Shown one piece after another: positions 33,517-41,581 of a DNA stretch of 46,994 nt. The stretch's first letter is position 1; the number at the start of each line of letters is the position of its first letter. The translations under genes were made by a program, and so were the position numbers. This DNA comes from a virus. The stretch lies in IMG/VR virus record IMGVR_UViG_3300001471_000004; one strand, 5' to 3'. The notes beneath the pieces are model-generated. The model made no database searches, was not told the DNA's origin, and saw nothing but the letters and a program-made list of their open reading frames with translations.

Positions 33517-34857
33517 TTACGCGCTCAAGCTGAGTGGAATTGTCGAGAACTCCATGCCCGTCGCGTAGCCCATCCGCTGCAAATCGGGCAGCTGCTTCTT
33601 CAGACGCCGTCCGATATCCGTCCGGTACATCGGGGAGTTGGGCATGATCAATGTCTTTAAGCGACGGTATACTGTGTCGGTCGCCGTCTTCACGTCGTGC
33701 CCCGTGCCCGACATCACCAGGACGTAGTCCCCCGCCGTCACCATCATGGGCACGACCGCGAAACTGTCTTTGATCTTGATCGGCGCCATGCCCATCATCA
33801 TCTCGCAAGGATGAACGTGATCCCACGTCTCCTGCTTGAGCCCGTAGATCGGTACGCCGATCACTTCCTTCCTCGTCAAGTGCGAGTACGGATAGTCGGG
33901 TATGGAGACGACTACGCCAGCCGCCACTCCGTTCATCACCCAGTTGTGTGCGTCCTTGCCGTGCCATAGGTTGTCAAGCCACTCGACGTGATCGCCCTCG
34001 TGGAGCGCCTGCTGGATGTTGAACGTCGGCCAGCCGGGGCGCATGGTGAATTCCAGAGGCCACGGCGTACCATTGTCGTCGATTATACAATTGACGTCAA
34101 CGTACCCGCAGTAGTGGGCGCGGGCGAGCTCGTCTGCGAGCGGCGCCAAGACTTTGCGGGCGAGCTTCGAGGTGCGCACGTAGCGAAGAATAGTGCCCTG
34201 CTCGCCGGTGGCCACCCCCATGTCATCGTTCATTAGCTTTTTGAATTCAAAGTTCTCGCACCAGCCGGCGTTGAAGCCGCCAGGGCCGAACCAGGCCCCC
34301 ACGGCCATCTCGATGCCAGGCATGAATTCTTGCAGGATGAACGGCGACTTGAGCTTGCCGAGCTTCTTCCACCGCTGCAGCATGTAAATCATGTCGGCTG
34401 GCGTCTTCGAGCAGTACGACAGCGCCTTGTCGGCGTCGCCTGACGGCTTCGACACAAACCGCCGATCCTCGCGCTTGACGTAGGCGATGGCCTGATCGTA
34501 GTCGTTGAATTCCTTATAGGCGGGCACTTCGATGCCGTGTTTTTTGAGCACCTTCATGCCGACCGTGCGATCGAGCTCCCATTTCGCCGTCTCGATCGAG
34601 GCGCCGACCGCCTTCACCCCTTCGTCGCGCCAGCGCTGATCGAGATCGTAGGTGTAAAACGTGTTGTCGGTCATGAAGACGAGGTGCGCCCACCGCACCC
34701 ACTGACGATAATCGTCGACCAGCGTCACGAGCCCTTTGCCGATGTGCTTGGTCTTCTCGGTCTTGCGGACGGCTAGCCGCACCTCGTGGCCGTCGCGCTG
34801 AGCGCGGAGCGCGAAGTCGAGGCCGTTACCTTGGGGATCTATGATGAGAACACGCAT
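33517..34857 (-). CDS. PurD (GAR synthetase)-like ATP-grasp ligase, 446 aa
   Basis: MRVLIIDPQGNGLDFALRAQ is a pre-ATP-grasp N-domain. RFVSKPSGDADK and ILQEFMPGIEMAV are ATP-grasp B-domain/hinge elements. YCGYVDVNCIIDDNGTPWPLEFTMRPG is the C-domain, but the canonical PurD FGDPE motif is absent. Confidence 0.7.
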   Translation of the reverse strand: MRVLIIDPQGNGLDFALRAQRDGHEVRLAVRKTEKTKHIGKGLVTLVDDYRQWVRWAHLVFMTDNTFYTYDLDQRWRDEGVKAVGASIETAKWELDRTVGMKVLKKHGIEVPAYKEFNDYDQAIAYVKREDRRFVSKPSGDADKALSYCSKTPADMIYMLQRWKKLGKLKSPFILQEFMPGIEMAVGAWFGPGGFNAGWCENFEFKKLMNDDMGVATGEQGTILRYVRTSKLARKVLAPLADELARAHYCGYVDVNCIIDDNGTPWPLEFTMRPGWPTFNIQQALHEGDHVEWLDNLWHGKDAHNWVMNGVAAGVVVSIPDYPYSHLTRKEVIGVPIYGLKQETWDHVHPCEMMMGMAPIKIKDSFAVVPMMVTAGDYVLVMSGTGHDVKTATDTVYRRLKTLIMPNSPMYRTDIGRRLKKQLPDLQRMGYATGMEFSTIPLSLSA

Positions 34858-35036
34858 TTAGGGCACTGGATGTCAGAGCTGTGGTCCGAGACCTTCCACC
34901 CCTGCCGCCGCATGTCGGCGATGAATAAATGCGGGTGCACCGGATCGCTGGCTTCAAGCGTGTTCTTTTCGCCGCAGCGCGAGCACGTGATCTGCAGCAT
35001 CGGCTTTTTACCCGGCTCACTCATGTTCTGCGCCAT
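34839..35036 (-). CDS. Small Zn-ribbon protein, about 65 aa
   Basis: Candidate starts at ATG 35036 or 35024. CSRC...CPKC pairs. Its 3' end overlaps the ATP-grasp start by 19 nt. Confidence 0.5.
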   Translation of the reverse strand: MAQNMSEPGKKPMLQITCSRCGEKNTLEASDPVHPHLFIADMRRQGWKVSDHSSDIQCPKCVFSS

Positions 35037-35346
35037 TGCCCGCGCCGGGCGCTCGAAAGGGCTGCTCGGAACCGGGTAAAGGGGCGTTCGACAACTGGTT
35101 GATGGCGTTCTCGGCTGCGGTAATGGCGGTGTCCTGCTCGTCGAGATGTGCGTCCCACTTGCTGAATACGTCATCCCCGCGCTTCGCCAGCGCAGACAGT
35201 CGACCAGCGAGCTTGTCGGCGCGAGCCTCCAGCGCCTTGACCGCGGCCGGCGCGGCGGTGGCGATCTCCTGTAATTTGCTCATCTGTCGTTCCTGTTCGC
35301 GTAGCCGGTTAAGCAGCGTCAACCCATTGAGCGTCAATACGCGCAT
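35017..35346 (-). CDS. Coiled-coil protein, 109 aa
   Basis: TAATG overlap with the upstream gene. Helical Ala/Glu/Leu-rich sequence. Confidence 0.55.
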   Translation of the reverse strand: MRVLTLNGLTLLNRLREQERQMSKLQEIATAAPAAVKALEARADKLAGRLSALAKRGDDVFSKWDAHLDEQDTAITAAENAINQLSNAPLPGSEQPFRAPGAGNGAEHE

Positions 35347-35528
35347 TATTTGGAAGCGAGGTGTTCCTGCAGTGTACGCTCTGCGCGCAACGCCGCCGAC
35401 TTATACTTTTCGTAGCAGCCCTCGGGGCAGAATGGCAGCTTCTCGGCCGTCGCAATACCCAGTGGCCGCAGCTTCCAGTAACCGGACTTCCCGCAGTAAG
35501 CGCAGTCGTTGATCGGGGGCTTTGCCAT
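35346..35528 (-). CDS. Small Zn-ribbon protein, 60 aa
   Basis: CAYC...CPEGC. TGATG overlap with the 923-aa gene. Confidence 0.55.
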   Translation of the reverse strand: MAKPPINDCAYCGKSGYWKLRPLGIATAEKLPFCPEGCYEKYKSAALRAERTLQEHLASK

Positions 35529-38299
35529 CAGTCATACAGCCTTTGTTGTGCGCGGTCGTGTCGCTCTTTGGTCTTCCACTGGCTGCCGTGAATTTTTTTC
35601 ATCATATCCTCGTACCCTTCCGGGTCGGTTAGGTAGCGGGGCGCGGTGCGGGCGCCGAGCAGTTGCTCGCCGAGCGACACATTGCTATCGTCTTTTCTGC
35701 CCTTCGCCAAGTTGCGCAGCGAGATCGGGCCAAAATTGTCGGTCACGTAGTTCCAGAATTGAGTGTACCACGGCGGCGCTTCCTCGGCTCGCGAAAAATT
35801 CGGGTCGCCCCGCCAGTCGGAATTCCAGAACAGGTCCCACACCTGCCGCGGTCCGGTGCCGACCTTGTTGCCGATCTCCTGTTGCGGGTTTTCGTACATC
35901 CCGAAGACGTCCTTCTCGGGACCGGGCATCAGCAGGCGCTCGGGCTCGCCCGTGGCTGCGTCGATGCCGCCTGTCTTCGGCGCCATCAGGTCTTGCGCGC
36001 TCTCCGGCCCTTCGCCCGTTTTCCACAGCTGATACATCATCGACAGTGTGCCGTAGACGATCGGCATGGCGATGGCCATGTCCATCTTTTGTGTCCAGCG
36101 CCCGTCGTTCGGGGCGATGCCGGTGGGCCTTTTAAAAGGTGCGCGAACGACGTCACGGGCAGCGCCGCCGAGCATCCGCACGTCCTGGCCGACCGACCAC
36201 GACCACGACCGCAGCGCGACGGTGCCGAGTTGCTTAATAAACTTGTTCATAAATATGTTGTCTTGCACCATCTCGCCGAAGCGGTCGTCCATGCTGTCCC
36301 AAATCTGGCGCGCCGCCTTGGTGACTTCCTCGGGCGCGGCCTGTGGGTGCACCTTCATCCAGTTGGCGAGGTTTTCTTTAAAGGCGCCCGCTTTGACGGC
36401 CGGGATGTATTTGTCGAACAGCGGCGCAGCGATCGTGTCCATGATCCGCCCGACGTGCCGCGCGCCGACCTTGGCGGCGCCGACCGGGCTTCCCATCGCC
36501 TCGGCGCGATCGGCCGCAAGCTGAAGCTTCAGCGCACCACGCTTGAACGCTTTCCAGTAGTCTCCCCCTTTGGAGAATTCATATTCAGGCGCATAATCAC
36601 GGCCGGCGACGCGCCCGCCCGCCTTCGTCAGTTCATCAACGATGCCCTCAAGCTCTCTCGTGCCGGGGCGCAGGCCGAGGTATACTTCTTTGACCGTGCC
36701 ACCCTGACGCGCATAGTTGACGGGCGCGAACGGCGTCTTCGCCACCTGCTTGATAGCCTCGATCGGCTTGCCCTTGCGCGCGAGATAGATCGCCTGGCTT
36801 AACGAGTTGTCGAGCGCGGCCTTCGCGACCGTCATTGTGTGGTAGCCCGACAGCGACAGTTCGAGGCCGGTGATCGCGTTCGCGGTATGGCGCACAGCGT
36901 CGTAGCCCTGCTGCAAGGCCGGGTCGAGCTCGGCGATGCCGCGCGAGATGTAGTTATTATAGACGCGTGCCCAGCCTTCGGGCGCGTACGCGACCTGCGG
37001 GCCGGCCGGCGTCGTTCGCTTCCCAAGGCGCCCCTTTAACTCCACCTCGCCGGGCAGCTGTTTGCCGGGGGTGCGGTAGTTGACGGTGCCGAGATTGCGC
37101 GCGGTGTCGAACACTTCGTTCTGCGCGATGAAGCGGTCGGCGTTCGTCACGTACCGAATGGTGGCGGCGATGGGATCGGTCGTCAGAGGTTCGAGCCCTG
37201 CGGCCAAGCCATCAGCGACGGTCGGAAGCGTACGCCCTTTGGTGAAGCCACCGCTGCCTTGCTTACCGAAGCCGGCGAGAAACTGCTGCGCCTTCTGTGG
37301 GTCTTTCCACATGTGGGGATAATAATCCTCTATAAAGCTCAGCTGCGCGGTCGACGGCAGCGCCTGGAGCTTCGCCATGCGCTTGTCAAAGGCGCCCTTC
37401 ATCGTGTTGGCCAAGTCCTGCAGCGCCGGGTCTTTCATCTGGAGCCCGGAGAATTTGCTGGAGCGACCCTCCACGTAGTCGATAAAATTGAGGCGATCCT
37501 GCGTCGGCAGCGCGTTTACGGTCTTCCATGCTGGTTCGAGAGCCGCGGTGGTCTTGGCGCTATCACGCGCTGCGGTGCCCGTCGCTTCGCGGATCGCAGC
37601 CGCGGCGTTCTGCGCGCTGGCATCAACAGTCTCGGGGCTCGCGATATTCTCGATCACCTTACCGGCGTTGCGCGCGGCGTCGAGGGCTGGCGTCGCCAAG
37701 CCCCCTGCCTGCAACCCTTTCCACCGTTCTGTAAGGTCATCCCACCCCATTTCTTTGGTAAATTTCTGTACGCCTTCGGGCTTAGCACTTAGCGGGGTAA
37801 TCTCGCCGCGCTGAAGGTCGCCCATAAGGTCGTAATTATGGGGCCCGAATTTGGGTGCTCCTGTTTCGGGGGCGACCCTTTCGGGTTTTCCACCTCCACC
37901 CATCATCATAGCGATGTCGCCACCTGCTTTAATTTCCGCGCTGCCGATCGCGCGCGCGTTCTCAGCGTCTTCTTCGCTCATGGAGCCTTTGCGTTGCACG
38001 TTTTGCGAAAGGTCCGTAGCCGCGCTGGCGATCTCACCGGGCTTCTTCACCACGTCGATCGCGCCCTTGACCGCTGCCATCGGCATCTGGCTGACGACAC
38101 CCCACACGTTCGAGCGCCCTTCAGGCGTCGTCAGGAGTTGCGAACCTTTGGGCAGATCGCCGGATGGCAAGAGCGAGCGGCCCTTGGTGTCCTGCGTCGC
38201 CGGCAGATGGCTCACCACTTTCCAGGCGTCGTCTACGCGAGCGGCTGGCGTAATAGTGATGGGATGAGGTGCTTGGCCCTGCCAAAAGTCGTCAGGCAT
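35528..38299 (-). CDS. Large internal virion/ejection-type protein, 923 aa
   Basis: ATG 38299 (a TGATG overlap, AGGTGA SD). Assigned from size and position after the low-complexity proteins. No catalytic motif recognised. Confidence 0.55.
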   Translation of the reverse strand: MPDDFWQGQAPHPITITPAARVDDAWKVVSHLPATQDTKGRSLLPSGDLPKGSQLLTTPEGRSNVWGVVSQMPMAAVKGAIDVVKKPGEIASAATDLSQNVQRKGSMSEEDAENARAIGSAEIKAGGDIAMMMGGGGKPERVAPETGAPKFGPHNYDLMGDLQRGEITPLSAKPEGVQKFTKEMGWDDLTERWKGLQAGGLATPALDAARNAGKVIENIASPETVDASAQNAAAAIREATGTAARDSAKTTAALEPAWKTVNALPTQDRLNFIDYVEGRSSKFSGLQMKDPALQDLANTMKGAFDKRMAKLQALPSTAQLSFIEDYYPHMWKDPQKAQQFLAGFGKQGSGGFTKGRTLPTVADGLAAGLEPLTTDPIAATIRYVTNADRFIAQNEVFDTARNLGTVNYRTPGKQLPGEVELKGRLGKRTTPAGPQVAYAPEGWARVYNNYISRGIAELDPALQQGYDAVRHTANAITGLELSLSGYHTMTVAKAALDNSLSQAIYLARKGKPIEAIKQVAKTPFAPVNYARQGGTVKEVYLGLRPGTRELEGIVDELTKAGGRVAGRDYAPEYEFSKGGDYWKAFKRGALKLQLAADRAEAMGSPVGAAKVGARHVGRIMDTIAAPLFDKYIPAVKAGAFKENLANWMKVHPQAAPEEVTKAARQIWDSMDDRFGEMVQDNIFMNKFIKQLGTVALRSWSWSVGQDVRMLGGAARDVVRAPFKRPTGIAPNDGRWTQKMDMAIAMPIVYGTLSMMYQLWKTGEGPESAQDLMAPKTGGIDAATGEPERLLMPGPEKDVFGMYENPQQEIGNKVGTGPRQVWDLFWNSDWRGDPNFSRAEEAPPWYTQFWNYVTDNFGPISLRNLAKGRKDDSNVSLGEQLLGARTAPRYLTDPEGYEDMMKKIHGSQWKTKERHDRAQQRLYD

Positions 38300-39603
38300 C
38301 ACTTCACCTGTTCGGGCTTACCGTCTTTGAGTGTCCACTTCTGGCCGTTCTGGAAGGTTGTTACCATGCCCTCTTTGAGCGCCTGCAGGGCTTCGGGCGG
38401 GGGTTGACCAGGCGAGCCGCTCGGCGCGCGATCGTCGGTCTTGGGCTGTGGCGTCGCGGACGTGCCCCCGGTCGGCGTTGAGCGACCAGCCGCCGCTCGC
38501 AGCTGCTCTAATCCCGTGTTATAGTCCTTGTCCGCTTGGTCGAGCAGCGCCTTGCGCTCCGCGGGCTTCAACGTGTTGGCAGATGAGTACGCCTGAATGC
38601 GCGTGCGAACGTGCTTATCCTGCTGGTCGAGTAGCGCCCGCGCTTCGGCGAGCCCTTGCTTGCCCTTGCTCTCTTGCACCCGCTGAATGGCAGCCTGTTT
38701 CTGCTGGTCGAGACGCTGGTACGTGCTGTCCTCTCGAAATTTAAGCGCGTCTTCGAGCCGCTGCTCGCGCTGCTGGAATTCCGACTTGCGCTCGCCGAGC
38801 GCTGCGGCGCGGTCTTGGCTTTGGGTATTGGCGATCGTCTCGCGCGATTGCCGATTACCGGATGCAATATCCTCGCGCCCCGCAACATTTTCCTCGTTGC
38901 GCGAATTGCGTCCCTGCTCGGCGATCAAAAACTGCTGCTCGCGCTGCTGAAGCGCCTGCTCGCGGATTTGAAGGCTGATGCCCTGCCACTCCTGTTTCGA
39001 CTGCTGCGACATCATCGGCAGGAACTGATTGACGGCTTCCGCTATCACGTCAGGCGGCAAGTTCGGATTGGCCTGCTTGACCGCAGCCACCAGCTGCCGC
39101 CAGTCGAGCGCGCCGCCTTGTCCGCCACCCTGTCCGCCGCCGGGCATTCCACCAGGTTGACCAAGCTGCATCGGGGGACCGGGTGCACCACCAGGCATCG
39201 GCGGACGCGGCATCCCGCCAGGAGGCATCCCCGGAGCCCCACCTTGCGGCATCATCGGGCGCGGGGGCATACCCTGCGGCATTCCACCCGGAGGCGGCAT
39301 ACCGCCGCCAGGAGCCCCGCCCATAGGCGGTTGCTGGCCGGGTCGCATCATCGGCTGCGAGGGCTGTCCCGGCATGGGCGGCTGCGCCTGCGGCCCGACA
39401 TTCGACGTATTGCCCTGCCCCCCGCTGCCACTGGCGAGCATCTGCAGCGCGTTGCCCATGGCGACCTTTGCCAGCGCCGAACGCTTGGCATCCTGCGCCG
39501 CTACGTCGGACACCTGGATCTGGTCTTCGGTCAGACGCCCCTTCTGGTAGCCGGGGTATTCGGCCGACAGACCAGAGAGCGCGCCGGAGAGGCTGAAGGG
39601 CAT
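38299..39603 (-). CDS. Internal virion-type protein with a Pro/Gly/Met-rich low-complexity region and a Gln/Glu/Arg coiled coil, 434 aa
   Basis: ATG 39603 (a TAATG overlap). The longer tracked N-terminus overlaps the upstream gene in another frame. Repeats read GGMPPPGGMPQGMPPRPMMPQGGAPGMPPGGMPRPPMPGG. Confidence 0.55.
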   Translation of the reverse strand: MPFSLSGALSGLSAEYPGYQKGRLTEDQIQVSDVAAQDAKRSALAKVAMGNALQMLASGSGGQGNTSNVGPQAQPPMPGQPSQPMMRPGQQPPMGGAPGGGMPPPGGMPQGMPPRPMMPQGGAPGMPPGGMPRPPMPGGAPGPPMQLGQPGGMPGGGQGGGQGGALDWRQLVAAVKQANPNLPPDVIAEAVNQFLPMMSQQSKQEWQGISLQIREQALQQREQQFLIAEQGRNSRNEENVAGREDIASGNRQSRETIANTQSQDRAAALGERKSEFQQREQRLEDALKFREDSTYQRLDQQKQAAIQRVQESKGKQGLAEARALLDQQDKHVRTRIQAYSSANTLKPAERKALLDQADKDYNTGLEQLRAAAGRSTPTGGTSATPQPKTDDRAPSGSPGQPPPEALQALKEGMVTTFQNGQKWTLKDGKPEQVK

Positions 39604-40589
39604 TAGTAGAGGCCCCCAAGCCCACCTGTGAACTGCGACGAGCTTGTAGGCGTCGGGGCGATCCCACCAAAACCGCCGCCCCCGCCGCCAAACCAGCTGC
39701 CTGGTGACATCCCGGAAAGACCCGCAAGGCTCGAGCCGAGATTGTTGCCAAGCGTCTGCTGCTGGTTGAACGTCGAATTCGCCTGGTTGAGCTGCTGCCC
39801 GAACAGACTGGTGTTGGAGTTTTGCTGTCCAGTCGCGCCCGACAGGTATTGCAGGTAGTCGGTGATCTGCTGCTGCGGCAGCACCGAGGCCGACTGTCCG
39901 AACTGGCCGGTCTGGCCGAGCGTGTTCAGCGCGTTGGCATTGATGCCCTGGAATGTGTTGTATGGCAGCGCCGAGCCCGCCGTCATCTGGTTGAGCCCGG
40001 TGTTGGTCGCCCCGCCGATCTGACTGAGCAGGCTTCCCGCGGCGCCCGCGCCCTGCGTCGCGCGCCCAAGCTGTTGGTTCTGCCACGCGAGATTGAAATT
40101 CTGGTTCGACTGATCGGCGACGCCGGCACCATAAGGCGTGCCCTGCACCCCGTATTGCCCGGCGATGGCGTTCGTCTGCTGCTGGTTTTGGTTTTGCAGT
40201 TGCGAGTAAAGCGCATTCTGCGGGTCGAAGCCGAGCGACAAAAGGGATTGTACGTCAGGCAACGCGCTCAGCGCGTTGCCGGCGATGTTCGCTCCGCTGT
40301 TGAAGCCCGCCTGCCCCGTTGCGTTCGCCCCTTGCTGGTAGCCCGGCGCGTAAGGATTGGCGACCGTCTGCTGCGCGATCTGCTGATACTGCGGCAAGAG
40401 GCTGCCGGCGACGTTGTAATTGCTCAAGCCCCCGATGCCCGAGTAGGCGTTGCTGTCAGCGCCCGACTGGTTCTGAAACTGATATCCTTGCGGCGACTGG
40501 ACGTTCTGTGAAGGGGTGCCATTTGCGAGACCGTAGATCGCGGCGCCGCCGCTCGCGAGTGCGCCAAGCCCACCGATTGTCAGACCCAT
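39603..40589 (-). CDS. Gln/Asn/Gly-rich protein with an N-terminal hydrophobic segment, 328 aa (internal virion-type)
   Basis: ATG 40589 with a GGAGA SD. The N-terminus reads GLTIGGLGALASGGAAIYGL; the remainder is Q/N/G-rich low complexity. Confidence 0.55.
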   Translation of the reverse strand: MGLTIGGLGALASGGAAIYGLANGTPSQNVQSPQGYQFQNQSGADSNAYSGIGGLSNYNVAGSLLPQYQQIAQQTVANPYAPGYQQGANATGQAGFNSGANIAGNALSALPDVQSLLSLGFDPQNALYSQLQNQNQQQTNAIAGQYGVQGTPYGAGVADQSNQNFNLAWQNQQLGRATQGAGAAGSLLSQIGGATNTGLNQMTAGSALPYNTFQGINANALNTLGQTGQFGQSASVLPQQQITDYLQYLSGATGQQNSNTSLFGQQLNQANSTFNQQQTLGNNLGSSLAGLSGMSPGSWFGGGGGGFGGIAPTPTSSSQFTGGLGGLY

Positions 40590-40590
40590 C

Positions 40591-41148
40591 TCAGTCTCCA
40601 ATCCACTTGCCGTGCACCACGTCTTCGGCGACGTAACCGAGGCGCTTGAATAGCACATTCACCTTGCGGCCGCCACTATTGGCGAAGTGCGCCTTTTCCG
40701 CCACCGCGATCTTCTGGACGCCCGCCGACTTCAGAAATCGCTCATTCTCGCGGAACAGTTTTAGCCCGAGCAGCCCGAAGCGATACGCTGGGTGCAGCCA
40801 GTACATATCGACGACACCGAAGCGCGTCGAGCGCTTGTGCAGGTTCGGGCCGATGATATTGAAAATGTAGCCCACTAGCGCCGGGCCGTCGCGCACGGTC
40901 ACGATTTGCAGGATGCCGAGCCGATCAAGGTCGAAATAGCGGTCCCAATCAGGATCGAGCGGCGCCCGGTCACGATCAACCGCGAGCTCGGCGTGATGCT
41001 TTTTAAACAGCGCGGGAAGCTCGCGCGCGATGACGCCGAGCCGCTGTCGCTGGATCGTGACGCCCCGGTACGCGACCGGCTGGCTAAGCGGTTCGAGGGC
41101 CGATGGTGGGTTGCTGAGGCGCGGTTTCTTTACGTGTCGTGTTTGCAT
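40591..41148 (-). CDS. GNAT-family N-acetyltransferase, 185 aa
   Basis: ATG 41148 with GGGAG 5 nt upstream. GNAT-like core: LVGYIFNII...VVDMYWLHPAYRFGLLGLKLFRENERFLKSAGVQKIAV. Confidence 0.6.
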   Translation of the reverse strand: MQTRHVKKPRLSNPPSALEPLSQPVAYRGVTIQRQRLGVIARELPALFKKHHAELAVDRDRAPLDPDWDRYFDLDRLGILQIVTVRDGPALVGYIFNIIGPNLHKRSTRFGVVDMYWLHPAYRFGLLGLKLFRENERFLKSAGVQKIAVAEKAHFANSGGRKVNVLFKRLGYVAEDVVHGKWIGD

Positions 41149-41222
41149 CGACACTCCCACTCGGCGGCTTCATGCTGCTGTCGACCGGCTGCGCGGAGCG
41201 GTCCTTCATGCCGGCGTGCATA

Positions 41223-41567
41223 TCACTCTTGGCCATTGGGACCTTCTTTCGGATCAAAGTCGTGCCCTACCGGCAGTTCCGGATCGGACGGCGCGAGCTC
41301 GGCATCATCCGGCGCCGGAGTGTGGGTGAGCACCAACTGAGTGAGCGCCGTCAGCCCGCGATGCAGCGACGCGATCCGGTCGTGCAGATCGATCCGTGGG
41401 GCCTGCAAGTCGAGCAGGAGCTTCTTCAGCTGGTTGTGCGGGTGCGCGGCAAGCTCGGCCGCGCGCTGGTTCTTCTCGGCGTCGGCTTCGTCCTGCGCGG
41501 CTTTCACGTTGCGCCGCTCGATCTCAGCCGAATGATCCGGGCTGAGGCCTTCCGATGGTTCAGGCAA
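41223..41567 (-). CDS. Acidic coiled-coil protein, 114 aa
   Basis: TTG start at 41567 with AGGAGG 5 nt upstream, directly after the fibre stop. The earlier part of the tracked ORF overlaps the fibre gene. Confidence 0.5.
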   Translation of the reverse strand: MPEPSEGLSPDHSAEIERRNVKAAQDEADAEKNQRAAELAAHPHNQLKKLLLDLQAPRIDLHDRIASLHRGLTALTQLVLTHTPAPDDAELAPSDPELPVGHDFDPKEGPNGQE

Positions 41568-41581
41568 AATAACCTCCTGGG

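Noticed and set aside
33254-33967. The full 237-aa tracked ORF as a gene.
   Set aside because: Its first 160 codons overlap the ATP-grasp gene out of frame and are Arg/Asp/Gly-rich. Only the non-overlapping 3' 234 nt is kept, as a low-confidence candidate.
35528-38299. The 923-aa protein as a tape-measure protein, which would imply a long-tailed phage.
   Set aside because: No tail-tube, sheath, tail-terminator or assembly-chaperone frameshift genes accompany it. The capsid type and the gp11-like protein fit a short-tailed virion. This remains an inference.
39604-40086. The N-terminal 161-codon extension of tracked ORF 38299-40086.
   Set aside because: It overlaps the Q/N-rich gene in another frame and reads as Arg/Gly/Ala shadow sequence. 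The ATG at 39603, abutting the upstream stop, is the coherent start.
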